Made by a program: the position numbers and the translations under genes. Below the pieces are notes generated by a model. The model saw nothing but the letters and a program-made list of their open reading frames with translations, had not been told where the DNA came from and did not search any database. 64,000 bases of DNA, taken from contig NC_135889.1 of the NCBI RefSeq assembly GCF_964194155.1, positions 58,280,001 through 58,344,000 on the forward strand. Reading direction: 5' to 3'. Positions 39,601-53,021 of this stretch are shown here, piece after piece. Each line of letters begins with the position of its first letter. Within the stretch, counting starts at the first letter, position 1. Origin of the DNA: Cetorhinus maximus. Its lineage: Eukaryota.

Positions 39601-42275
39601 GTTCTCGCCGGTTGCAGTGAATGTTCTTACTGCGTTTATCAACACTGAAAATGCTATTATTTTCAGCAGATATCTGGAGAAATGAAAATACATTAAGCAG
39701 CACATTGCTAGCCATTGTTCTGTATTCCTATTCCAAATTGTTCGGAATGTGATCGATTAGAAAACACTTGGGACTCTAGTGACACCGATAACTGAACACA
39801 TGAGCTAGCAGTTTTACACAGCCTCGGCTAGTTAATAGAGGAGGTTCAGCAAAGAATATGCAGTAAATTCTTCATTAAGCTTGCAGAATTATTCCTTAAA
39901 TTAGGTCATATCTCCCAAGTACTTTTTCAATCAAACTCGCAGATTACACAGAAACAATTTGTATCCTATACATAGCTTTGGTTCTCCGACCTCCGATTTT
40001 TAAAAAAAATCGGTTTTCAATGTATGAAAATGTATGAAGCAGGATTGTGTAGTTAACATCTTTCAGAGCTGGCTGAAGAAAATGACTTATCTAATACACG
40101 TGATCAAACAGTAAGAAAGCCCCTTGTTTTTGTGAAGAACCTTACTAACGCTTGGTTAAAAGATTGGATAAAATATGAGTTTATTTCTGATTTTTTCATT
40201 TAACTGTTTAATACAATTGTGACGCACAACACTCTTCATGTCTAAGCTTTTGAAATTATAGTTGGAAACTTAGCAGCATGTATAATTCATAGTTTGTTTC
40301 GAATATTGCAATATTATTTTCATAACTGAACACATATTACATATCATATAACCAGTAGCTGTTGAAATTGCACTCACGTTGTACTGTGATTTCTGCTTTT
40401 TGGCTGGCCAAGAAATAGTGCATGCGCCCAAGGGCCCCGAATGACATCAGGTGTCACGCATTCATCAGCTCTGTTACCGATCAGAAATAACTTACTTGCT
40501 GCTTTTCCAGCGCAAAGGTACTAGGACACTAGGACACTGCCAATTCATAGCCGTGGAACAGGATAGCTTGCTTCTTGGTGTCACTTTCCACAGGCCCTCT
40601 CAAAAACACTAACCATCTGTACTTGTCTGCTCTTAACCTAATATATGATGTGAATTATATTTTGGCTTGTCAACTCCCCTAACCATAAAACAAAGTTTAA
40701 TGACATCACGTGCCCGTCTATAGCCAGTCAGGAACCGGCTCTGTGGCGTCCATATAAATAACCCTTAAACTTTAAAACTTTTATTCACTAAAGACAGTCA
40801 TGTTCATCGAAATGTTCTCTCAGTAATATAAAGCTAAACATCTGAGTACCCAGAGGACGCCAGCTTTGGAGAATAAGTTGCCTTTACTTTAAAACGCAGT
40901 TTGGGCAGTTCTTATGCAACAACGGGGAACTATTAAATTTGGTAAGTGTAAATACACTACATGTATACGTGACCGATAGCTTCTGAACTATAGTGAAATA
41001 GAAATGGGTCGATTGAAAAGGAAAACAATAAGTCATTTTAACAGTTACAGCTTCCTATGACTTTGTTTCCCTATTTCTATCGCTTTAATAGTCAATTATT
41101 TCCTGCTGCTATAGTCTAAACGTTGGGTAAAAATGTATTCTCAGTGCAGTTAACCTGGTAAATTATTTCATGCAATGGAATCTAATACCAAGTTGTTCAT
41201 AAGTTCCATTGCTCTTCCTATCAAGCCCCACCAATGGAGGTATATATATATATTTCCAAATATTTATGTTAATATCCATTAATAAAAGCAAACTCGTATT
41301 ATACTTCCATTAAATAACAGTTTATCAAGCTATCTTTTGAAAATGAACGTGTCTGTCGTCTAGGTGCTGACGTTTCTGAAGTATGACTCATGTTCTTTTT
41401 TCAATAAAGTCATTGGAATAAGTATAAGTTCGGCCAGCAGTTCTTGCCAATAATAATATTTTTTTTAAATTCTGAAAACGTTCAAAGACGGTTCAGCCGA
41501 AGGAACGTTTATGAGTTCTGAAACATTGGGGCTAGTATTAGATGAACTTGGATGTCAAAGGAATAGATGCAAAGTGAGAAAGTGAAATGGCGTTAGGTTC
41601 TATCACAAGTCACCAATTGTCAGTGTCTTTATTCACCAATTGGAGTTAAACAAAACGCCAGGTGAAACGTTTATTGATAAAACTGAATTTATTTCAACGC
41701 TGTCGGCAAAAAACACCACTTCTTTCATGTACATAGGACAAAGCCAGACATTTAAACATTATATATGTACAGAATATACATCACAAGATACAGCACGGTG
41801 ACACTCGTGCCATAAACATTCCAAAGGATAATCAAACAAAAAAAATCACTTTTGAAGTAAAAAGAGATGAAAGAGACAATATGTATCTATGTTTATAAAA
41901 CATTTTTAAATTAGAGTCTTAGCGAAGCTATAATCCGGTATAGAATTAGTTTGTTCAGCAACCAGATATACAGCACAATTCCATTCTGTTCTCCGAGACA
42001 AATGGCTTGCTTGGCTACATTACGTCGGTTGACCTCTTTTTTACTCTCTTACGATCTAAATTTAGGCATGGATGTTATCATCAATATATAAAAACATGAT
42101 TTAACATATGTTGATGACAACTGATAAATTGTACTCTTCTTTATAAATGAACCCACATGAGAGCAACGTATTGTATCTCATAGAGAAGCATTTAATGTAG
42201 CCAAGCAACCTTTCCTATTGCAACTTAAAAAATCATCTGGATAGCAATATTATATAGCCAGTTAGATGAAACAAG

Positions 42276-43390
<1,115 letters not shown>

Positions 43391-43532
43391 CTGCCTTTTA
43401 GGGGTTTGATTTGTGGTTCTCAGACGTTTATTCGCCACTAGACCGCGCGATATATAATGAAATATGGAAATAAAAGGCACATGTCATTTCTCTGCCTTCT
43501 ACGTATGCAACCAAATATGGGACACAAGTTTA

Positions 43533-43566
43533 GATCACGTGCTTTTGTTGACCAGTCGTAAATTCT
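43533..43566 (-). promoter_or_regulatory. HoxD5 conserved promoter block
   Basis: GATCACGTGCTTTTGTTGACCAGTCGTAAATTC: E-box plus TTTACGA (Cdx/posterior-Hox type) site, resembling the Hoxa5 promoter. Confidence 0.7.
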
Positions 43567-43633
43567 TGCGCCTGACCCTGGGGATAATTCATGCAATGAG
43601 CATGCTTGCTATGATTTAGCGAGCATGGTCCTG

Positions 43634-43650
43634 TAGCGCCTCCTGCTGGC
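43634..43650 (-). promoter_or_regulatory. CTCF binding motif just upstream of HoxD5 (Hox5|6 boundary position)
   Basis: Minus strand GCCAGCAGGAGGCGCTA, a close match to the CTCF core CCAGCAGGGGGCGC; same position as the known Hox5|6 site in HoxA/HoxC. Confidence 0.8.
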
Positions 43651-45314
43651 AAACACGGAGAAGGCTAGGTTTGTATCAACAAAGCAAAATCCAAAAGAGG
43701 CATTGACGTTTACACGGTTTGCTCAATATTATCCGAAACGGGTTCATTTCTAAAATGGTTCACGGTTAAAGATATGATAAAACCTGGGTAACAATACTGC
43801 TTTCTGTTACATGAAATTATGAATTACGAAGCTGGTGACATGTATACGAGCTAGGACGCAAAATGTTTCTGTAAATGCAAGTATCCTGTTTAGTAATATT
43901 ATTAGAGTATACGCTTGTGTACAATACACGTGTAAAGTAACTAGCAGAACTGACATTTGTTGGTTCAACCACTTAAGAACTGCAAAAGTTTATCCAATGC
44001 TTTTATTGCGAAAAATTCTAGCGCAATAATTCAACATATTTTGTGACACAATTAATTCTTTTTCTGATTCAGTTAATACGAGCAACTTTCCTTCGTATTA
44101 ACTGTGTATTTGAACCGTTAGCATGATGCTGACTGTAAATAAACAATTTAATTCTCGGCGAATTGGTTGCCTGGATGAAAATAAATAACAGACATTCACA
44201 GTGATTATTTCTAATATCACACACCCGATTCTGATTTTTACTCAAATAATTTGGAGTTTCAGATTCTCTTTCTCGCGGGAAACGACGCCGTGGAAACTAT
44301 TTTCTTAGGAAGGAACCTTATTCAAATATACGATTCATAGGCAGCCTCCCCACACTTGCACATACGGTCCGGGTCGCTAGAGCTTATAATGATTGCAATG
44401 TGTTATATTCGTAGAACACTGCGCTGAAATCATTTACACATTGGTTTTATATCTTTACAGGCAGTGCATTGGAATCAGCTTTACAAAGTTTCCCATTAGC
44501 TTCCATGTGCACATACGGGCTCCTTTGCTACACCTTGCCCACTAAATTCGGGATATTACATACATATGTGTTCCCTGTTGCCATCGAAGACTGAAGAAAA
44601 AATGCAGATTAACGTTGTATTTACTTTACTGGTTAAATCGACGCTGACACCAGTCACAGAACAACACACCGAGAAGCTAGGCGGAGTGTGTTATATATTT
44701 ATTTCTATTTTCACAGCGCAATTAATCGTGAACTTTATTGCCGTTTCCCATTGTACCATCTGCACCCTGCGCTATGATGGGTCGTGATATTTGTATAAGC
44801 CTCTGGAATCTGATGTCCATTCAGTGTACATACTGAGCTCATTAAAAGTAATTCCCACAGCAAGATAGTCGTCGGCAAATGTGTACACATTTGGTAAAGG
44901 AATGGTGCTGATTCCAGGTTCTGCACTGTTGGTCTGTTGTCATTCTCTGCAGTGGTAGTTTCTACACATTGAACCAGTTTGAACCGCCCAGGAATGCAAG
45001 AAAACTAACAGAGCAATAAATGTAATATTTGAAATCAAGATTTTTCCCCCCACAGTTTGACTAAGAGGCAGCTTATAAATTCTAGATTGCGATCCGGAGA
45101 GGGATTAGTTAATGAGGGGTAGTGTTGTCAAATATCGACTGTATTAATATGGGCCTGAAGAACTTTACAAAAGTGCGTCCAGGCTCGGAGTAATATTTAA
45201 AACAGGTGGATTGCACTTATACATTTATATTTATTTTCCGGTTGTTTTTCATTGAAATAAAAAAAGGCATTCCCATAACCACATTTATAAGCGCATCAAT
45301 CAGCAATACAATAG

Positions 45315-45459
45315 GATTCTCCGGGTTATTTGGCCACCCCACGCCTTGCACACTTGATTCCTACGCTCTGGTAGCAATATTTTTGCATCATTCACTGCGA
45401 CGACGCTGGACACTGGAGTTATTTGTGCTCATTTTCCTGATACCTATCACCAGAGTTTT
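45315..45459 (-). pseudogene. Putative decayed HoxD6 homeobox fragment
   Basis: Minus strand ACTCTG...AAT...CGTCGTCGC AGT GAA (TG)AT GCA AAA ATA TTG CT ACC AGAGCGT..ATCAAG..TGG..AACCCGGAGAAT parallels [29 protein letters not shown] with indels; lies about 1.9 kb upstream of the HoxD5 start in the correct orientation. Confidence 0.35.
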
Positions 45460-46644
45460 TAAGGACAGGGGGACTACAGTATTACAAAACAATTCAAGTC
45501 TAAGCATATTCCAAAGAAAATAGGATGCAGTCATGAACTGTATACAGGGCCCACGTTATTAGCACGTGAATTCCAACTACAGTGTGAAACTGCATCGATC
45601 CTGAGTTATTGGGATAGTTTCAGCCGCACAGTTTCAGTGTGGAACCGCATAGGCCTCGATTGAAAGTGATCTGACTCTAGGTCCATCATAGATTACAATT
45701 TATAGCTTGCGATGAGTTAAGCCTAAGTACCATAAAATGCAATATTTTAACAAGTACATTTTAGATAAAATGCCATTCTATAGGTTTGGTTTTATTTATT
45801 ATTTGTGAAATATGATTTGTGTGCCCCTCTTGTAATTCTGATCTAAGAACCTGGTTGCTGCACAGTCCAAGTGACTCTGTCTGATGCTCGTAAATCTAAC
45901 GTTGCAGCAGCCGTGTGACAGTCGGTGGAAGAAATATTGTCTTTGTCCTGTATTAACAAATCAGGCCGCTCTTACAGAACACTCGATCGAATGGTATGGC
46001 TTCTGGTGCTGACTTTGGGGATTTTTAAAAAAATGTATTTTTCCAGGCTACTGCGCGTTTGGATCCTAGAAACTTTTGAGATAGGATGGGTAGCACTTAA
46101 ACATTTTATCCTTACACGGGGAGCGACTGTGGATCTTATTGCCACTGTGGAATGAACAAATCAGTGCGTGCGTCACATACCAATTATTTTTTTTGTTCAT
46201 TTTTCACTTTACAGTGCGTTCTCCCTTGTAATAAATTCAGGAGAAGATCGTGGTCTGGAAATTCGCTTGTTTGCCAACCCTGCGAGCAGAGAGTTATTTC
46301 TGGGATCGCAACGAATTATTCCCGTTAAAAGCTAGATTAAATCTGTGGCTGAGTACTTGCATTAAGAATTGTTTATATTTACAAATTGATGCTAAAAGGA
46401 TTAGAAAATAAGTGTAATACATTTTTGATGTGCTAAACGTTGGCTGTGATCAGATTACCTTTTGTTACAGATGTTAATCGAAAAGTTGTTTCCATTAAAT
46501 AAATAATATAATATGTTGTTATTGTTATGTCGAAATTGTTTGGAAATTATATTTGAGCATTGTCGGTGTAGAAGAATCATTGCGAGCAAATTCGCCCAGG
46601 GTAAAGGTTCCAAATAGACAGCTGGACACTGACTGTAAATCAAT

Positions 46645-47050
46645 GCATGCACACACACATACAAATAAACACACACCCGTACAGCACACATATACACATA
46701 ATCACACACACAGAGACACACATGCAGACACACACACACATAAACATATACACATACAGACACACATGCACATACAGAGACACACACATGAACACACATA
46801 AACACACCCAAGCAGACACACATACACATAGACAAGCATACACACACGCGCACATACAGGCACATACACACGTACACGCATATACATACATACAGGCACA
46901 CATACAGACAGGCACGCACACATACATACACATAAACACACACGCATACAGACACCTGCACATATAGGCATACACACACGTACACACATACACATAAACA
47001 CACGCACATACACATAAACTTACATAAACACACATACTCATAAACACACA
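46645..47050. repeat. Degenerate (CA)n/(CATA)n microsatellite-like tract
   Basis: About 400 bp of interrupted CACA/CATA/TACA units; produces spurious H/T- and C/V-rich ORFs. Confidence 0.95.
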
Positions 47051-50000
47051 GAGTGACGTTCCTGTTGAGTATTTTAGCACTTTTAGCAAAATTACGGATT
47101 ACGTGATCATGAAGAGCATAAATTTAAAAAATCGATCTTAAAAATTGTAACTACCATTGAATTAGTAAATATGCCCTTTCTGGCTATTATATTTATAATG
47201 GTGTTTATTTACGCTCAGTTCTCTTTTTACATGTGTTTGTACCAGATTATGTTTCTCAAGAAAAAAATTTGCAAATCACAACTCAGCCCTTCCATGTATT
47301 ATAAAAAGCTCAGAGAGCATAGCCATCGCATAACCCCAGATAACCAGTTTGAGTTTATCGAAAATTAGACCTAAACATATATTCGTCTCGTTTAATTATT
47401 TAACTGAGCCGATAAGAGCTTAATTCATAAAACCCGTATAAGAACTGTTGTCGGTGCCATTAACACATAGGAATGAACTTGGACGATGCATTGAGAATTA
47501 TATGAAAGCATAATATGAACACAATTAATGACTTGTTGTGTCAGAATTAAGGTAAAAATGAAACTGCTTTCTCAATAGGAAAAACAACACTACCTCTCCT
47601 AATCTGATACAACTCGAGTATGGATATATTTCTGTTTGTGGCTCCGGCCTGAAAATAAACAATTAATATCGAAACATTTACAATATTATAAATAATAATG
47701 ATTTAATTGCAAATGTTACGATAGCTTCACACATTTATTTGATTCTGGCAACGCTTTGCAATTTTAGTTTAAGCAACCACTGTTTCACTTTGACAAGGTA
47801 CCTGTTGGTCAATGCGATAAATACAGGCTCATGTGGGTCAGCCGTTTTTAAATATTTCTTTCATTTGCAAATAATTTCAGATGCTAAATAATGAATCAAT
47901 GACACTATGAGTAGACGCCGCACAGATGATCAAGCTACCATTTTATCTATTTCCAATAAAAACCTAGAGACTAAAAGACGAACGAATGCACAGACATGTG
48001 CTAGATATGACAATTTCAAGTGGATGTAATTACAGGCTCCCTTATTCAACTCTGATGTTAAATGGAACAACTGATGAGCAATCTTTTCGGAATATATAAT
48101 CACTGGAAATATATACAAACAAATGCTTTGGAAAAATATAACAATAATAGACATACTTATTGATAAATTCATCTTTTGCTAACAGTAATTCGCATGCCCT
48201 TCCCCTGTGCATATTTCTGCAGGAAGGTGTTGCAACTAAGTAGAAACAGGAAAGGAGAGGGGGGGCCGGGGGGGAGGTGGTAAAGGAACCCGATGTTTCT
48301 CTAGTGACCATTATGCTTTATGTGAATGCACTTAACATTGGATTGGAGTTGTTTGGACCAAATTAAAAACATTCCCAGTTTACAGGACTTTAGGATTTTT
48401 TAATGTATAAAATATGCAAGCCAATTTGGGTACAACTTGTTGCAGTAAATGAATCATCAGATGGGCGAGCTGATATTATTTGAAATTTTGCAAAACCAAG
48501 TCGCAGTTAAAATAGCTACTGAATCCCACCTCATTACTGGCACATTGAAACCACAGTCTGGTGTCGACTGCAGGGTAATTATTGTGAGAGTACCACTCAT
48601 TTGTGCAAAGTTCTGTCACGTGGTTAGTTATCATTAAAATGTTGAAACGCTCCTCCAAAATGCTGATCCTCTCTATGATTGCGGCACGGAATCATTCCGA
48701 TCATTAACACAAGATGCATCACTCATCTCTACAATTTACCCTCAGCGGAAAGGAGCCCAACTAATGTCCTCGTCTGTAAGATACCAAATGCGGGGAACCA
48801 CATACTGGCAATAACAGAATAAATACACCAATCACCAGCAGTTGATCGGATATCGCTCCCGCAAAATAACAGCAGCAATCGTATTGCTATTGGCAACAAT
48901 AATCATTATCCCATGAGTAAACTACACAATCTGATTAATCTCTGCTCTGGATCATATGAACAAATGTCAGCTGTCTTGTGGCGAACCTTCCATATCAAAG
49001 ATAGACACGAATCGCAACTCCCCGTCCTATTGCGGGAAATAAATATTTAATTAATCTGCGCCACAATCACCATTTGAGTTCAAATGACCACCCGGACCTG
49101 GTTTGGTTTGTACCGTTTGCAAATCTGTCTTGCTGTTTGCTCATTTATGCCGAATACCCCCTCGACCTCCCAAACAGTTGCCTGGAACTCAACCAACGAA
49201 ACAAGCGCCATTCCCTCCTAGGTACAGCAGCAGAGCATGGAAAACACAGCACTTACCAGGTTCAGGGCGCTTCCCCAGAACAGTAACCAGTTGGATGTTG
49301 TATTCCATTTCTGATTTTTTTCGATTAATAAAGGAACTTTTTTTAAAAAGTAAAGCGAAAATTGAAGGGTAAATGAAAGACTGTAAACAGACGTCAGAGG
49401 TCTGTGAGAGTGATCAGGTTGCTAAATCCCAGCATGGGTCGAATGACTTCCTCATAGTTGTACGGAAAAGGACTGAGCAGCGCGAATACAGCGGAAAGTG
49501 TCCTTTTTTTGCAAGCAGCTGGCGTCAAATACCAACGACAAAAGCAGGCAAGGGGAGATACTGACAGAAAAGACGATTTGAGACGAGTTAGCAGCGGAAT
49601 GCAGTGAAATATTCACAAGGGAAATCATGAAAAGGCCATGAACGCAGTTACTAGATTCACATGACCAACGAGAGCCAATAGGAAGGCAGCCTCCGCCGTA
49701 AAAGGTCCATTACAAAGTTGTAAATTTTCTTCAAACAAAAAGGAATTCGCAGCAATTCCTTGCGGATTTCACAAGTGCAGCTCGCAAGCGCCATGTTTCC
49801 TTTAACGAGTTCCTTGCTGCAGCTATTTGTTATAATGTGTATTGTAACGAACGCCTTAACCAACTATATAAGCGGAAATGCCTCGACAACATAAAGAGGA
49901 ACATCTCCCATTGCAGTGGGCACTCCGCAGCCCAGCAATCAAATCACTACAATTTGTTTGTGCATCCATACTTTGTTAATTCATGGTTCAAACACGTCAT

Positions 50001-50481
50001 GTAGAGACATTCGTATTTTCGAAAGGAAAGCTAGTTCAACAAATAATTCAATGTGTAACGATCACAATTCCTAATGCCGCCAGAAAACTGCTTCTTTTCG
50101 TTTTTGCCCTGATTTTCACAGCCTGTTCGATATGGCCCAGTGACCAGTAGGAAATGAACGAAGCAGAAGCGTGTTTGTCTATTAAATATATATCAAAACT
50201 ACGGCGGCTTGCTTCTTTAAAATAGCAATCAATAATAAAAGTAATGTATCAGCTTATTCTAAATGTTGCACGGTGCATTCTACGCAGGTGAGAAGCTGAA
50301 CATTAAATCTCGGCACATGTAGCTATCTCATTACACGCCGCACTTCAATTTCAATCACACGGAGCATTGCATTCTACCCCTCGTGTTCCCAGCGTGAGCG
50401 AAAGTACAAATACAAAACACATCCGAGTGGTCAATAAGGTTTGCCTTAACCGGATAAAATAGCTTCGGCGCTGGGTAAACA

Positions 50482-52375
50482 TATTCGGCGTGAATGAAAA
50501 CCATTTAAATCAGTTCGTTCGCTAATCTCTCCCTTCACTGACGGCGAGCGGGCTCGGCAACTAACGTTACACCGTGTTAAATTCACGGCAACCTCATTCA
50601 TTTGCAGAAAAAAAGATGATGGCCGGTAGATATTAGATATCCATATTTTCCCCTGAACCCCCCATGCTTTTCGCGGGTTTAATTCTAGTGAAAGCCTTTG
50701 GTGTGATGCTTTGAACTGATCTTACGGGGGAAACCAGAACAGCGTAACCAGATACGTGCCGGTATCTCATTTTTAATTTATGAAAAGGATATAACTGCTA
50801 GAAACGTTGCCTCAAAATAAAATATATTCTGAACAAAACGTTCAACAGTGCAAGCTTCCCTTACTGTGCATGGTCTGGGGTGGGGTGCTGTTGGAGAGTG
50901 CGCGGTGGAGGAATTTCTGCAGAGGTTTAAAAACCCCAGAGGAACGGTGTCAGAGGCAAAAGGAAGCTTTTACAAGGATTCAGGAGGAGAGTTTTTAATG
51001 TATGTTTGGCATTTTTTTGACCTCCATTGTTTGTTAAAAATCTATGGCAGTAACGCCCAAGTCAAAGTACGAATTCGACCCAAAGCCTCGTCATTCTGTG
51101 CACCATATTTCAGTGAAAACGCGCGATTCCTACCATCTAATAAGACTATTAATAAGGCTCAGCTCTGCTGTGATTGTACATTCACTTTAGTGACCGCTAT
51201 TTCGGCCAAGACACGTATTTGACCGTCCAATTTGTAAATGGGAGCAGATGCAAAAAAAACGTGTTTATTTCATTCTTCGTTTTAGAACGCTTTAATAATG
51301 GATTTAATGAAACTTTAAATCGGTTATGTTTTCTGAAAAAGGAACGCAATACACATGTATTGAAAAAAAAAACATCGGGTTATTATAAAGCAGGGGAGGG
51401 TTGTGAAAAACTGTTAATTTTGGGCAGAGAACTCCCCTCCGAAAGGAGAAAGCAATTTCAAAAATAAGCACTCTGGTATTAATTTATTTAGAGTTGATTT
51501 ATTCTGTAAAATTATTTATGTGTTATAATCGGGCACCGATTATGATATTCAATGTAACTTTCAAAATATATTTGCATTAAAATAAAATGCGATGCCATTG
51601 AGATTAGAATATAGAAAATTGAAAATATATAGCTCAATGAACAAAACTGGTATTTCCAAACTTCGCTGTGTCCGTCTTGAATTAGTTAATTGCTGTTTCA
51701 CACGTCAAACTACCTGATAGAGTGAGGATATTGTTGGAGTATGACCCTTGGATATGTAACATATAATTCTATTCGATTACAAGTTTGAGCTGTTCCGTGG
51801 AGCAGCGATGGTCGTGGGAATAGATTCTAGAGTCCGCTGGCAAAATGTATACTGTTATCTTTAGTTCTGCAAATAAACGCGGTCTTTTAATTGTTTGTTT
51901 AACATTTGAAGTACAATATTTGCTTCCCCCCCCCCCCCCCCCCCCCCCCACTTCTAATTGTTTCCTGTTTGCTCGTATCAATATCTTTTCTTGATTCAGG
52001 CTTATCATTGTGCGTAAAGAAAAGGATGGAGATTGAAAATTGCCAATTCCTATGGTTGAGGTTTATCTGCAACATGCCCATCGATCCTTAAACGTGGCTT
52101 GATCGCTGATTAAGGAAAATTTAATGGAAAGTTAGAAGGTTATTCGACAACTGAAGATTCTGCTTTCGCTCCCAACCTTTAAACCAGAGAAGAATAAAAT
52201 GGAGCCCAGAAATCCACAGTTTGTCCAGTGATTTGTAGTATTAGAACTTTTATTGTCGGTTTTACGAGATTTGCTGATATACGTGTACAGTAGACCGCAG
52301 TTAAACACCAAGCACTAACTTTTACAGCGTCGGTTTAGCCACACATGAGCCAGGCATGTGATCTGATTAGCCAAT
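50482..52375 (-). pseudogene. Putative highly decayed HoxD7 relic (promoter/5' UTR, hexapeptide trace, homeobox trace)
   Basis: E-box/CCAAT 52355-52375; Hox7-type leader AATCTCGTAAAACCGACAATAAAA...CTACAAATCA...CAAACTGTG with GTG (52217) where Hox7 genes have ATG; AGAATCTAT (RIY) at 51828-51820; helix-3-like GAACGA...TGGTTTTCA...CGCCGAAT at about 50521-50482. By-eye alignment only; the leader match is much stronger than the coding traces. Confidence 0.5.
51926..51949. repeat. Poly-C homopolymer
   Basis: Uninterrupted C run of about 24 nt. Confidence 0.9.
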
Positions 52376-53000
52376 GGTCATTCGAAAGACTTTTAACTTG
52401 AGGCATAGATAAACTAATATTCTAATCATCAGCTATATCATTAACTTTTATAACTACATATAAAGAATTACGCCATCTTCAGGCTTTTGCATCCATGTAA
52501 CAGGGCGGCGGTGCTGTATGGCAGGCATACACCCTGTGGCCACAGAAACACACAAACACAAATAAAGTACATCTGATTTAACCATAAAGAAAAAATCTCG
52601 AAACAGCCGCAGAAAGCTGGCGAGGGCAGTGATCTAGCCATCTCAGGTGACTCCCACAATACGAGCAGAATGATTTTCTTTTACTACTTGTATTTTCTTT
52701 TGGGATAATAGTAGTTAAATGAAACAAGCACACAATTAAATTTAATCAACATTTATTAATTTAATCACATTCGACCATCATAAAAAGTGACTATTGCTGC
52801 GGAATACCTTGTCATTGGTTTTTTTTTGCTTGTGTTTTATAATATGCTCATCGGAGATAGGTAATGGTTGAGAATTTCCAGCCGCAATACACCACCAATT
52901 ATTTCACACGCACAGTAATTAAGACACATCGTAAGTGCACGTTTTTTTTTCTATCATTAATTAAGTGTGTTCGCAATACATTCCAAATTATCCATTCTAT

Positions 53001-53021
53001 TAGGCAGTTCATGTTGTTGGG
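53001..53021 (-). promoter_or_regulatory. miR-196 complementary site in the HoxD8 3' UTR
   Basis: mRNA strand CCCAACAACATGAACTGCCTA pairs with miR-196a (UAGGUAGUUUCAUGUUGUUGGG) with one G:U wobble and one bulged miRNA base. Confidence 0.9.

Noticed and set aside
39993-40013. Inverted repeat CCGATTTTT-AAA-AAAAATCGG
   Set aside because: Short, mostly homopolymer stem; no miRNA-like or other supporting features.
45511-45535. AAAATAGGATGCAGTCAT resembling a Hox6 start (ATGAGTTCCTATTTT) on the minus strand
   Set aside because: Too close to the putative homeobox trace to be exon 1, and short enough to arise by chance.
46455-47089. Overlapping long ORFs rich in Cys/Val or His/Thr
   Set aside because: Translation artefacts of the CA-type microsatellite; the same applies to 28095-28378.
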